NCBI GenBank assembly: GCA_964016885.1
Contig: OZ024746.1
Coordinates: forward strand, 87,606,001 to 87,670,000
Source: Eledone cirrhosa
Lineage: Eukaryota
DNA: 64,000 nucleotides
Direction of reading: 5' to 3'
The translations under genes were made by a program, and so were the position numbers. Positions 1 to 14,089 of this stretch are shown here, piece after piece (the stretch's first letter is position 1; each line of letters opens with the position of its first letter). A model generated the notes under the pieces. It saw only the letters and a program-made list of their open reading frames with translations, had not been told where the DNA came from and made no database searches.

Positions 1-408
1 TAATCTTAGAGTTAGAGTAAACATTTACCTCATGGTCCTTCAGGTTAAAGGTGGAGGTTGCGGGTATAATCGGCTTGGTTCTATCGTCTATCTTGAGATT
101 CTTCACCACCTTGTATGTCTTGTTGTTAATATTTGATAGCGTAGTTTCACTTGGTTTTCACTTGTTTTACCAATGCTCTGTTGAATCGAACGACCAGAAA
201 TGGTATTACATCGGGTTTACCACTACCGCATTTAAATCTCGGTTGAGAATCGATGACGATACCAGCGAGATTTAATGAGGTAGTAGTAGACCCAATGTAA
301 TACCATTTCTGGTCGTTCGATTCAACAATGCATTGGTAAACAATGTTGGACTTTAGGCATTTATTCTTCAATGGACATCTTTCAGGTAGGTGGCAGTTAC
401 GGTTTTTA

Positions 409-410
<2 letters not shown>
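1..410 (-). mobile_element. Penelope-like element fragment (GIY-YIG endonuclease region), rearranged
   Basis: Minus-strand translation NRNCHLPERCPLKNKCLKSNIVYQCIVESNDQKWYYIGSTTT matches the PLE Cys-rich linker plus VY..YIG GIY-YIG motif; abuts (TA)n at 411. Confidence 0.75.
162..343. repeat. Inverted repeat, arms about 162-241 and 266-343
   Basis: ccaatgctctgttgaatcgaacgaccagaaatggtattacatcggg is the near-perfect reverse complement of cccaatgtaataccatttctggtcgttcgattcaacaatgcattgg; the peptide ESNDQKWYYIG reads on both strands. Confidence 0.92.
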
Positions 411-487
<77 letters not shown>

Positions 488-544
488 TATATATATATAA
501 GTTCTTTTCTTCTTGCATTCACTCGATGACTGGGATCATACAAG

Positions 545-1595
545 GTCAGTGATCCCACATGCATCACCGTACGTTTAGCCAACAAGTTCCACCAATGCCG
601 TCCATTGCTAGCGGTGTCGTGCTACCCTCTCTGCATTATCCCAGGTGACGCCTCTGGAGAATGTTTTTATGACATCCACCGATCTAGTGCAGGGCTTGCC
701 AGGGAGGCTCTTCCAAACTGTAGCTGTAGCTGCTCACATCGAATGTGAGGAGGGCCCTAGTATAATCATATGGCGGCAGGCGGAGCGCATATATGTACCA
801 GCACATATGGTGAATGGCGATGTGGTGGGAGGATTTGGGCTGATACTTGCCCGCGATACTCCATGTTGGAAGCTTGTTTGTACCATCTGATGTTCTAGAT
901 TTTCCTCAGGGGCTGATAACAAATGCATCCATTATCTTAGACACGGTCACTGTGAGGAGCCAAGATTATTGTATATAGAGAATAACCGAAAGTACCGATG
1001 AGTTATAGATTTGGAACTTCGCCTTCAAGGAGAAAGTACAGCGGCACCAAATCGGGGCCTCCATAACGAATGCATAAAACAGTTGCCATACCACACGCAC
1101 GCTTGATGTCCGGTGTCAGGTGAATGTCGATAACAGGTAAATGAAAGATATGTCAAAATCTACGATGTCGGGGCCAATATGATTACTCCCTATATATGAT
1201 GAATGCGTCCCTGAGACCATCGATCTAGCTGTTCATCAGGGTGGTCTTGTTTGGATGCACAATGTCGATAACCTAAATGTAATGCCATAAACTCGCTCCA
1301 TACCTTGGTCATCTGAAAGTCACTGACACAGATGAAGTGATCGGGGGGCTGCCACGCAGCCTAGTCTGAAACCGTCATAATCCTTTCAGGTTAACCCTAC
1401 GAAACTGTTGGAAGTGCTATAGAGTCGTTTGAACAGAGTCGAAATCTTGCACAGGGATGCGTTCTCGACCCAGTCGAAAGCTGCCTTGAGATCACCGATG
1501 GTCATGTAGAGCCGATGATCTCCGTGAAACTACTGAGATCTTTCAATTATAAGACGGAGTGTAGAAATTTGGTCGGCGGTAGATAGATTTGGCAT
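545..1595 (-). mobile_element. RTE-clade non-LTR retrotransposon, degenerate RT and 3' region
   Basis: Minus-strand peptides STADQISTLRLIIE, DLKAAFDW, KFQIYNSSVLSVILY and IRW, broken by stops and frameshifts. Confidence 0.75.
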
Positions 1596-1811
1596 TTATA
1601 TATATACTTACTTTCAGGTTAGTCTACCCTTGGTGGTAGGGTCCACGGGTAGACCACTGTGACAGATCAGACAAAATGTCAATATGATCGACCTTTCGAA
1701 ACGATCGTAAAACAATGATGTGAATAGTTAAATTAACTTGACTTTGATTTCTGTATTTTCATTGTTAATTTGATACATATTATATATATATATATATAAA
1801 GTATATATAAA

Positions 1812-2131
<320 letters not shown>

Positions 2132-2238
2132 ATGATAGTTATAGTTCTGATTTATCTGAATTATTGAGCCCTCTGCCACTCATATCGAATTTTGTTTATC
2201 GTGAACTCGTGCGCCGATTTTTCGATACTCGATTATTC

Positions 2239-2278
<40 letters not shown>

Positions 2279-2497
2279 TTAAGGGTACTATTTATGGTTA
2301 TGTATGCAATAAAACCTTTAATGGTAATATATTATATATACACAAACCCTAAATAGTGAGAGATAGTCATTAATTACTATCCTATTACCATTATATCATT
2401 TGATGAATGTCACCCCACTGTTGATCAATATGCGCATATGTTTTATGTGTCTCTTGGGTTGAAAAGGAGGTCAAGTATGTTATAGATCAGTAAATAG

Positions 2498-2546
2498 TTG
2501 CTCCGAAGAATCCAAACCTTGGTTTGGAGGAAACAATTGTAAGCAA
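2498..2546 (+). ncRNA. Type I hammerhead ribozyme, CCGAAGA core variant
   Basis: Stem I UUGCU/AGCAA; CCGAAGA; stem II UCCAAAC..GUUUGGA; GAAA; palindromic stem III ACAAUUGU; GUA cleavage triplet. Confidence 0.7.
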
Positions 2547-2697
2547 ATAAATTACTTAAACTGAACTTTGATTACTGTAATCTCTCTCTCTATATATATA
2601 TATATATATAGTAAAAAATTGAACGGGAACATAACAAAGAGGCAGTACGAACAAAGGTTTATTAGTTTCACGCTCTTGTGAGTGGGGTGGTGGTGGG

Positions 2698-2733
2698 GAA
2701 CGACGTTTCGGTCATAAGCCCTTCTTCAGGTGA
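2698..2733 (-). ncRNA. Minimal type I hammerhead ribozyme-like motif (PLE type)
   Basis: Minus strand cctgaagaagggcttatgaccgaaacgtcg: CUGAAGA, imperfect short stem II, GAAACGUC; stem I is weak. Confidence 0.6.
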
Positions 2734-3504
2734 AAAATGTGTGGGAAGACATTTCCAAGGGTGATATAAATATATATATATATTTATATATATGCATGAT
2801 GTACTTTTCTTTCTTCATGCAAACAAGCATATTCACTGCATCAGTACGTTGCAATATTCACCATGTTGCATTAATTATTACAGTTTTCTTGATTTTTCTC
2901 AGCAATGCATACTTTTAAAGAGGTTTCATGCGAAATTAATGCTTCTTGAAAATTCACACTCATAAAACTTTTTTGTAGTTTAACATTTTTAATTAACGTT
3001 AACTGTTGAAACCTTTAATTTTTTTTTATTCAATATAAAATTTACTGATTTTTAAAGTTCTTTTTCATCATATTTTTTATTATTGCTATAACATTATTGT
3101 GAATGCTATCGTGCAATGAACGATATACTCTGAATCAATAAATTGACAATTGTACGTTAAGAGCTGGCATCATAGACCTAATTTATCTCAACCTACAACA
3201 TAATATCGTATGGAAAAACAATAACGTGACCTAAAAAATATTTGAAGGTATAATCGAGTATAATTTCCTTTCAGTGACCTATACGATTAGCTTATATACT
3301 GGAAGTCTAGACAGCATATTTTATATATTTAAGATATCCCATTAGTATTACAAAAGCGATCACTAAACTACTTCACAGAAAATCATCCAATTATTTCAAT
3401 AATTAATAATAAAATTCTAAGCAATCAGTACCAATATTAAGCATATTTCATAGATAATGAACCCGAATATCCAAGTAATAGCGGGAGTATATAAATTTAG
3501 ACTC

Positions 3505-3604
<100 letters not shown>

Positions 3605-3635
3605 TATATATATATAGAGAGAGAGAGGGGTGGGT

Positions 3636-3700
<65 letters not shown>

Positions 3701-4189
3701 CGCGAACCAAAGGTTAAATTGTTTCTGTAGCTGTGTTTTTTACACGAATCTCCATGCATTTGGCCAATGTAATCAACATACTCCATTGGATTTCTTCAAA
3801 TGAAAACGAGTTCCAAAACAGAATATGAAATCGCAAAAATATATAGAAAAGAGTGTTTTAGATATAGAGAAGCTTTAATTAAGAGGGAAGTTTTTAAACA
3901 AGAGAGGTATATAGAGATAGGATTGAACAATTAAAGGGCTAAACATTGGAATTCACCATTGCACTAAATAATAAAGGGGAAGTTTGTAAAGCATGGTGCC
4001 TGTGGAATTAATTCGGTAATATCTATAGACTGTCTATGATGTGTTATTGTGAAATCTTTTTTCTAAAGTCGGAGAAATGTTCCAGTAATCGCATGATTGT
4101 TAATACTGCCAAGTATGGGATAGTCCTAGATATTAAATACAATCGTAGAGAAATTATTACTGTAATGTATAATGAAATCATCCTACCTG

Positions 4190-4790
4190 GATGACAAACT
4201 GTCATCTAATACTTAAACACCTTCACCTGCTTAAACATCTGTAACTTCGAAAACAGCGCCAGGAACGCGCAGTTTAAAATCGTGGATTTTCAACCAACGG
4301 GTTTGCTCCAGCTAACAACAAAAACTCCTCTCTAACAGAAGAAACAACAATAATATTAATGGAGTGGAACGAGGAGGTGTAACTGTCCGGCTAGATCATT
4401 GTGCTCCTTCAATAATAGTTGCTGAGAACGCAACATGGTCTACTAGTTCAATGTGAGGACGGAAAATCCAACAAGGCCTACATCGGATCAACCACCTGTG
4501 ATTTTAAAGCCTGGTATTACTAACACCAACATACATTTAGGAACCCGGCTCGGTGACACACAGCAGCACTTTCTGGCCATATTTGGGACCTCCAAGACAA
4601 CAATATCACCTACCATCTAAGATGGGGTATATTTTCCTAGGCAAAATCTATCTAGGGAGGAAACGATTCAAATGCTGTTTGCAAGGGACCAACTCTTATA
4701 CAAAAAAGATGAACATTTTACCTCATGTAAATACAGAATGCGTAGGATATATCTTACCTTCAAGCCTAATCACGACCCAGGTGAGTAGAC
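4190..4790 (+). mobile_element. Penelope-like element, degenerate GIY-YIG C-terminal region
   Basis: With frameshifts and stops: CNCPARSLCSFNNSC..NMVY..AYIGSTTCDFKAWYY*HQHTFRN..ALSGHIWDLQDNNITYHLRW. Confidence 0.75.
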
Positions 4791-5427
4791 CTCGGATGTA
4801 TCCTTTTTCCATTTCCAAACTAAGATAGAGGAAACCCTAAGCATACTTGGGTAGAAGTAGACATTTTTTTTTCTTCTCTTATTTTCCTCTTTCTCTTCAT
4901 TAGTTACACGCTCTAATTAGCACCGGCCGAACAGATAGCCGGTTTTTTTTCTTTTTTGGTGGCGTGTGTGTTTGTGTGGATAATTATGGATGATAATATC
5001 GAAAAATTACTACTCTGAGATGTTGCCCTAGCGTATTAGAGTAACTAATAACTACATTTTATTAATTAGTAATTTCGTATTAAATTATAATTGCTTTGCT
5101 CTTTAGACCGGGCATACCCATATTAACTCTACAACGATCCTTGTTTATCAAAGGTTATTCCACCGATTAGAGATATCTGTAAATTATTCTCTCTTAACGC
5201 ATGATCGGCCCGGCATCCACAGGTCCATTTGTCATCTTAATCCCTCCCCTTCGTTTTAAAGTCAAATTCAGCTACCCCACACACACCCGCCTCTGTGCAG
5301 GAATTTAACTATGCATACAAATCTTTGAACACTCCCCGTGATAGAAAAGAAAAAAACAACAATTTTTAGAATTGTTTGATATGATACAACTGGCGTGTTT
5401 TCATTGCATGCCCATATATGGACTATA

Positions 5428-5521
5428 CCCCTTGATATGTTCAGCTAGATTAATACTGTCCTAACATTTCTGTGTTAGTTTAGATCTAGCTGTCGAAACG
5501 GCTGGAGTGGAGCCGTCGGGG
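5428..5521 (+). ncRNA. Decayed type I hammerhead ribozyme with long stems II and III
   Basis: Stem I CCCC/GGGG; core decayed to UUGAUAU; stem II CAGCUAGAU/AUCUAGCUG; GAAA; stem III ACGGCU/AGCCGU; GUC triplet. Confidence 0.6.
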
Positions 5522-5543
5522 CCCTCACACTTTTATATATGTA

Positions 5544-5743
5544 GAGTCACCCTAAAAAATAATCACCGAAAAAGAGACAGAATATAATAACAAGTTTAGC
5601 TGGAACGTCGTCTATTATTCTCTTGGGGTGAGTGGCAGTAAATATTTAATAAATATTTGCTCTACGATTCTTATATATTTGATATATATTTATACTTATC
5701 GAGCCCTCTTTGGATTTTAGCCTTCAAATATATTATTATTACG

Positions 5744-5774
<31 letters not shown>

Positions 5775-6284
5775 CGCGTACACGAGTGAGTGTGTGGGTA
5801 TATATATATATCCTTGAATTGTAAAAGGTTTTGTCTTGAATCGATGATGAAGATGAGATTGAATATGTACCAGTCATGATCTTGTATCGATTTGGTTTAC
5901 TTGCCACGATCACATAATTTCTAAAGTGATGCCTAAATTAGAAACCATTATTTCTAACATTTATTACTATTAATTTAATTTTATGTGTTAATCCTTTGAT
6001 GTCTGAAATTTACTAAATTTGTCATCAATAAAGCTCAGAATGTTTTACTAATCAGGGCTCATTAAGCGATTCTTCTTAAGTGACAATCAACATTGAAAAA
6101 AAAAATCAATATCTAATTTGCAACACAACAATATAATTTTGAGCTGGGTATTACTACGCTATTACAATAATTTCTTGACAGACACATAACTGTAGAATCG
6201 ATACAAGACACACACATACACACACACACACAAGCCCACCCACGCACACATACGCACACCAACGAACACACCTATATGTATATA

Positions 6285-6337
<53 letters not shown>

Positions 6338-6438
6338 AAAGGAGTCACCTTAAAAAAAATAATCACTGAAAAAGAGACAGAAAATAATAAGTTTAGCCGG
6401 AACGTCCTATATTATTCTCTTGGGGTGAGTGGCAGTAA
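5544..6438. repeat. Direct repeat of about 97 bp (5544-5641 and 6342-6438)
   Basis: gagtcacc..aaaaaataatcac.gaaaaagagacagaa..tattattctcttggggtgagtggcagtaa occurs twice. Confidence 0.9.
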
Positions 6439-8944
6439 CACAGACATCTTAGTAATTAGAAACAAAAATAAAACTTAAAACAACTACAGTACAAAGTTAG
6501 TTGAACCACTCACTGAATACTGAAATATTTAATGACTTCACGTAGCTGAGAGTTTCAGAATATTTGATGTCGTCTTTCATTAGTCTGGCTTGGATAATAT
6601 AAGTATTAAGTGGCACATACTTGGAAAGTATTTGCATTGCTAGTTAAAAATAATACGGAATATCAGAGGAACCAAGAGCTGTTCTTTTTCCTTGCAGATG
6701 TCAAAAGAACCAAATCAAAAGTAGAGCAATCGATTTATCACATTTTGACAATAATACGCCGGTCAAATATTTATAAAGGGCTAGTTTACTACACATCATA
6801 TGACAGGTGGTTTTGGCATTCCACTCTAGGTAATAAACAATAGACAGAAAAGTAACTATGTCTAATTGCATAAATAAATAAAATAAATGAAATTACCATA
6901 CTTTAAAACGATTTGTTGTATTGCTTAAGCTAAAACGTTATAAATATAATATTAGAGAAATCAGCAATTTAAAAAAAAAAGTAATACAAGTACTTACGAA
7001 TAAGAATACGTATTTTCATGTATGTATATTAAATTTATGAACAATATCAGAAAAAATATCACAAAATCAAACAGCTTTGTACAGATGCCATATCGATTTT
7101 CTGATGTCTCTGCACATAAGTATTACTTATATGTGTGTGTATGAGTGCACGATGCATGTGCTGCGTATGCTTTCTTCAATTTAAGCCTCCTTTACTGCTT
7201 TGTTTTTGCATGATACTTTGTAGCATGAATTTCCTTCAATCCGTATAATAATTCTCTCAATATCACGTGTTTTACAAACCCTATCGTACCTCTCTTTCTC
7301 TAAATATGATATCAAATATAATATCTGACATTAACCCAACCTACTAACCAACATAGCTCTTACTGTATATTATCGATATTATTTCATCATTTTATTGGTT
7401 CAACAGTTCGAAAAACAGAGAAATACCTCATTTACAAGTTTCGTCGGTTCACTGCTTCCTTGAATCTAACAACGCAATACCGATGTTTCTGAAACTATAT
7501 ATGCAAGAATCATAACCGACAAAGGTTGGGTAAATAGTAGCATTGGTATATTAAATAGATATCAATACACCCAATATTTTCTTTACTGATTCTCTCACTC
7601 ATGATACAATTTGTAAGATTATCAACATCCTGATTTTTATTTTATAAAAATTGGCACCTCTACATGAAATTGTTATGATTCTTCATGCCTCTCAACGTCT
7701 GAATATAGGTTACATTTATAACGGTATCATCTAAAATGAGAGGTTTTGTCAATGACTCGACAAACAGTGACTTAGATACCCGTGATAATGTTTAAGATGC
7801 ATAGGTCATCGGTTTTAAAAATGTGATAGATAAGGAACGAATTTCAGACGAATGGAATTTTTAGGTGAATGGCTGGGGCTAGTGAATCATGCGGGATTGC
7901 AAGCTGTACATAATAATTTGACTAGAATAAGAAAAACGACGCGTAGAAGTAGCATGTGATAACCCATATACGAATTGTGTGAGAAAATGAAGCGTGGTGA
8001 GGCATCAAACATGTAGAACCGGCGAAAATGCAGTAACAATACTTTTATACCATCAAACATTGGACCTATTCTATAAGTGCATGATAAGAGACTTCTAGAT
8101 ATAAGTTAACTTGAATGAAAACCAGTACATCAGGACGAACCAATAAGCTTAAAGTCCTGTTTCTATTTCAGAAATCCTATATAGGAGGTCACTTTGTATA
8201 CTCATACCAATACCCTAAGTTATTAATAAGACAATCATTTAAATGTACCCTCAGGGACATTATACATAACGTCGGAATGGATATTATCTAATTAGTTAAC
8301 AATGTTTACGGAATTAACTATAGAAATTAGTAATATAGATTTAAACTCTATAGGGGTCACTGTCAAACATGTATCGTTTTATTAGGGCGTTTTCATGATT
8401 ACAGCTATAAAAATGTAAAAACACATGAGTAAAAGCATTTAAAAAATGATAACGGCATAGGGGTATTACAAGAGAGCACAACATTGACGTCGATTAACTC
8501 AGAATGCATCACTATAAATTCGAGTATACATTGCCAGGATGCAGAGAGTTCATTTGTGAACGGGCCTGCAAAACAAAAGCGGGTCTCAAATTTCATTGCC
8601 TGTACACGCCCGTGTATGTTTCAATGAAGGGATGGCACACTTCTGACAAGAGTAGGTAACCAGCTTGTATACATGTATGTAATTCTGGTCTTATCATTTT
8701 ATAAATTGTTACCAAGAAAGAGTGAGTCGTTTTCTAACATTGACACCGTACTCTCATTGTAATTTAAACAACGTCAACTACAACTAGGTACATATGTATG
8801 CATCTCTGCATGCATGCGTGTGTGTGCAGGTATTGATGTTATGGTATGTGTGTATATGTATGTTTTGAGTCATATGTGCGTATGTGGTTTTTTTTTTTGT
8901 ATCGGTGCATGTATACATGCTGTTATTGCATTCAGAATGTTTGG

Positions 8945-10135
8945 AATATTTAACATAATTTTACTGTTCCATTAATGGATTGTACTTGTAATTTCCTAAT
9001 TAGTCGTCGTGTTCTTTCTGTTTCTGTCAAGCCCAGCTTCTCAAGATTTGTACAGAGGCAGATGCTAACATATCTCAGTGCAACAATTATCATAGGTATA
9101 AATCTGAAGGTATAGTCAATGTAGTGTATCTGCAGATTCCTAATTAGTTCTCCATAGATATACTGTTTTTGACTAATCTTTAATATTATACTGACATCTG
9201 GTTGGCAGCTAAATTTCACTACTGTGCGCCTTTTATTCCCTGTCACATATTATTATATATGATACGTTATTCTTGCAATGTATTGGGGTTATGACTAGGA
9301 CATTCAACCAGTACTCTTTCATATTATGTATGTCTCCCACATTTCGGTAGCTTTTAATATGTTTATTGTTGGAGTTATCCCTTCTACGGATAGCATTGAA
9401 TAGAGTTTTGGCTACTACATCACGCGTCATAGGTAGACAGTACCGTGATGACATCTTTATATAGCTGTTTGTGATATGGGTCACATCTTCGATGTTAATT
9501 CAGCACAGTCTGCATTTGTTGTCACATCCAGGTGTTTAACCTGCAACCATATCTCTTTTATGAATCAGGTATTTTGTATTCATTTCCTGTTCTTGGATTG
9601 CAAAAGGATATTCTTCAAAGTGGGAGTCACTATAGCGGTCGTTGATCTAAGATAGACTACTTTGCTTATCTATATTACTCTCAGTCTGGAGCTTCCTGGC
9701 AACACATCCATGCATGATATGGTGCTGATAAACATGCGGTTTTCATCGATTCACTGCGGTATTGCTGGGCATTTACTCTTGGTGTGACATTTTGATTATC
9801 ATGCAGAGAATATCTTTCAAGGAGTTTTCTCCCAACTATCATGATCCTATCTGTCTCATACAGAGAGACTTGCTCAATATATTGTCTCATACACTTGAAG
9901 CTTCATAGATGTTGTCAGCGGCATATGATGTGACACTAAAGTACTGTCTGGACTGATGTTACGCATCTACCTCCCTCCTTACGTTTCACGTAGAAGCGGC
10001 AGATGTCACTGTTGATGTGGAAGTTTCCGGTGTTGTTTAGGATTTCCGGGATTTAACATCAAATGCTCGGATTTCGTCTACCGTCCAATCGAGTATTCCA
10101 AACGTTGGTGTTAGGTCAGGTACAGCATCGTGAGC
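8945..10135 (-). mobile_element. R4/Dong-type non-LTR retrotransposon (RLE), degenerate 3' half
   Basis: Peptides AVPDLTPTFGILDWTVDEI, FHINSDICRFYVKRKEGGR, AIQEQE, CRLC..EDVTHI and an RLE-like C terminus. Confidence 0.8.
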
Positions 10136-10601
10136 CACTGTTTTGTATGAATGTATGTACGTATGAGTGTATTTAAGTATGTATGCAAGTATATCTGTAT
10201 ATATGTATGAATTAATACATATATATTCTCAAAGATAGAGTGCATTTTACTCAGATTCGATGTAAAAAGAATGAATAAACATTTCTCATATACAGAAACA
10301 CAAAATGTGACAAATATTGCTTATTTTTATTGTTTTGAGATATATGCGAAACTGACGAAACAACAATACATGAAATCTGGTTTATTTTAAATGTCATAAA
10401 TATCTATAAGATCTAATCTTGTATAAAGCCTAACAAAATGATTGGTATAATAATTGGAAGATTCCATAAAGTTACAGTAATATCAGATGAATTAATGTCA
10501 ATTAACATAGAGAAAACTAATCGTATTACTATATGCCTGACTTTGTACACAAACACACACATAGACACACACGCACACACACACACAGACAAAATAAGCG
10601 A

Positions 10602-11033
<432 letters not shown>

Positions 11034-11738
11034 TTAAGTATTTCCGTTGAAATAACTATTTCATCGCACGAACGAGGCGGACGTTTCTGTTTTAATCGAC
11101 TAGTTCCCAGAAACCTTTGGTAATAATTATATTGTGTTGTTTAACATGTAATTATATATATATATATAAATATAAATTAGCGAGAATCGTATTTTGGCTT
11201 TGGAATTAGCGAAAAACAACTTCCGAGATGTGTGACAAGCGCTCAATAATTCTGACGAACCAGAGCTACAACATACGTTAAATGCCAAACACACTGAGAC
11301 AATGGTTAAACCGTCATCCGCACTGCCATAGAAACGACCAAGTAATTCGGGTCAAACAAAGGAAAAAATATGTGATTGAAATATATATGTAAATATATGT
11401 TATATATATATATATATACATATATATATGCATATTGTACTGTTATATATTATTATACACCTTCTCTTAAATCTATTGTCTGCGCAGACACATTTTCTGT
11501 GCATTCTAATCATACTTAATGATTCTTCTGTTCAAGCTTTGGTAACTAATCTGAAATGTATGCGTTGCTGTGAAGATCTTGATCTGATCAAAATACGTAT
11601 TTGTGTGTTTTCTCATACTTGTCACTCAAAAATATTATTTCCTTATAAACTTTTATTTATTTACAACCTACATATTTCTTTTTATCAAATATTTCATCTC
11701 CGAATCCTCTCAAAACCTATACAAAACAAAACTATAAA

Positions 11739-11930
11739 TAATTGTTTCTACTTTAGGCACAAGGCCAGCAAAATAACCCAGTACATTACTGGTACTTTAT
11801 TTTATCGACCACGTAAGGATGAAAGGCAAAGTTAACCTCGGCGGGATTTGAACTCAGAATTTTAAGGGCCGTAACTCTATGCGCCAAAGCATGGCGTCCA
11901 ACCCTCTACCGATACTGCCAACCCCACCGT
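11739..11930 (-). mobile_element. tRNA-derived SINE family A, full length
   Basis: Reverse complement has A-box-like tggcagtatcgg, B-box gagttcaaatcc, body gcctttcatccttacg.ggtcgataaaataaagtaccag and tail agtagaaacaattatt. Confidence 0.9.
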
Positions 11931-12299
11931 CTGACTAACAAATAATATCTAATCAACAAGCATTCAGTTCTTGTTTCAGAATGTTCTAGACCGCTGTTGC
12001 CACGATGTAATTTAGTAACCCTGTGTAATTGTCATATCATCTGTAATCAAACTAGTATACTTAGGACTCTATTTTGCTGAATCTTATTTCATAGAATCAC
12101 GACAGAATAAAGCAGAAAACACATATATAAATCATTGGATTATTGTGTCACACACTTGTAGAACACGAATGTCATTCTCTACATTTTGCTGATTAATATC
12201 TGCTGACAAGCCTAAGCGAGATGACCAGTTTTCAAGCAAGCCGCTCATTTCACTTCAGAGTTTCCTGCATTTAGAAGAATGTCGTATCAAAATCTGGTT

Positions 12300-12910
12300 G
12301 CGTCACATGCAGTGAACATTTTGCGCACCCATACAGCAACCGGGTGTAGGGGTAGGTCGTGAATATATTTTTTGTGAGTAAGCATGTCACTATAATCTCT
12401 ACCGAAATGCCACGTACGGCTTACGTCTCATAAACCCTCTGGCATATGAACCCCGATCGTAGCTTTCAAATGGCGGAGATATTCAGAACTGAAAATGAGA
12501 TTGGACAAAGACGAGTTCCTGATAACTTAAAACCAGTTTCATCGAGTAGGCAGGATTCGCCAACTTTGTGTGTCAGTTTCTTTTTAAAACTGATGACATT
12601 ATTTCTAAATCAGGGAAGATGGGACTACTACTTTGACGCTAAACTCCGCCTGTTGTAGAGTGCGCATCAGCAGGAAATATTTTTGTCCACAAAGTTCGAG
12701 CTCAACCAGAAAAGATTAAAGAGCAAAGATCCAGTCCAGTCCATAGGTTGACATTATCAGGCCCTCATTTCCAGGCTTAACCTACTCACACCATGAGTTC
12801 ATCTCTTTATATGACCGTATGGTTTGAGTACTTCTGACAATTGATGTAATTGCTCTAAGTCTGGTAATATTGAGCAGCTCACTTATACATATACGGGCGG
12901 GGCACATTAG
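12300..12910 (+). mobile_element. Possible highly degenerate Tc1/mariner transposase relic
   Basis: Only faint motif echoes (xEDGTT, P..PGLT..EF); no intact ORF. Confidence 0.2.
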
Positions 12911-14032
12911 TCGCAATATATCCCCCATTTTTTTCTGCTAGAGCTCGGAAATGTTCCTGGCTACATACATACGTAAATACGTACATACGTAGATACATAT
13001 TTATACATATACATAAATACTTCAGTGTGTTTCGTGTGCACCTGTATACAAATAGAGGGAGAAATCGAATTAAACGTGTATCAATCGCTTAATAATTAAA
13101 CATTTTTATTACATTCGCTCGTCGAGTAAATATGATTTCATGTCATAAATAGGGAGGGTTTTCATCGTGTATACTGTTCGTATGAAGAATATAATAAACT
13201 ATTTAGACGCAACGGGATTAAAAAATGTCTTCATTATGGCTTTTTTTCTAAAATTTACGGCTTTCGCATAATCCTTCTGACAATAACCATTTTTTACAAT
13301 ATTACTTCCCCAGATATACCAAAGAGTTATGTAATTCTTTTACACGTTAGACGGAAATATTTTCTTCTTCATTTTATTTTTGTTCTATTACGCTTCTATA
13401 TATGACGCTAAGACATATTCGATGTGATTTCAAAATCACTTATGTGTTATGTCACTAAAAATAGTGAGCCTGAAATCTTCTATTATGGTTATATATAGAC
13501 AGTAAATTCCTCTTTATTGTGATGATATTGTATATATGCAGAAATCCCGCTGGAAACAACATAGCTGATACTTAGTCCTCTGTCTTCCTGAAATTGGTTC
13601 CTAAATCACTGACATTAAATACTCGATCTTAGATAAGAAGGATTACATTGGATAATACGGTTCTGAATGAAATTTTACGATAAATGTCATGGTGAGAATA
13701 TCTTTATGCATTGATGTATCTAATATCAGCTAACATTGTGCTAAGTAAATATAACATCTCTTCTTTTAATGTGTTATTGCATCAGTCATTTGACTGTGGC
13801 CATTTTGTTGCATTGTTTTCAAGTCAGTTATTTAGGACTGCTAGGTTATTTATATATCTCTACATGTATAACGTGTGTTAGAGTTACAGATGGTGAAGAT
13901 ATCTTGTTTAAATATATAATTTCATTTTCTTCCTTTGATTATATATGCTATTACTATTATCGTGGCCCCTGTTCATCCGTAGCTCTTCTTTCAATTTTCT
14001 CGCTCTATCTATATCTATCTTTCTCTTTGACC

Positions 14033-14068
<36 letters not shown>

Positions 14069-14089
14069 TGTTACATCTTAGACGGGAAC

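Noticed and set aside
3720-4170. Possible PLE N-terminal coding remnant
   Set aside because: Only vague similarity with many stops; not enough to call.
6680-6830. Possible exon (pyrimidine tract plus cag at 6697, open frame)
   Set aside because: No recognisable protein and no supporting neighbouring exons.
11250-11360. CUGACGA...GAAAC hammerhead candidate
   Set aside because: Stems I to III cannot be formed consistently.
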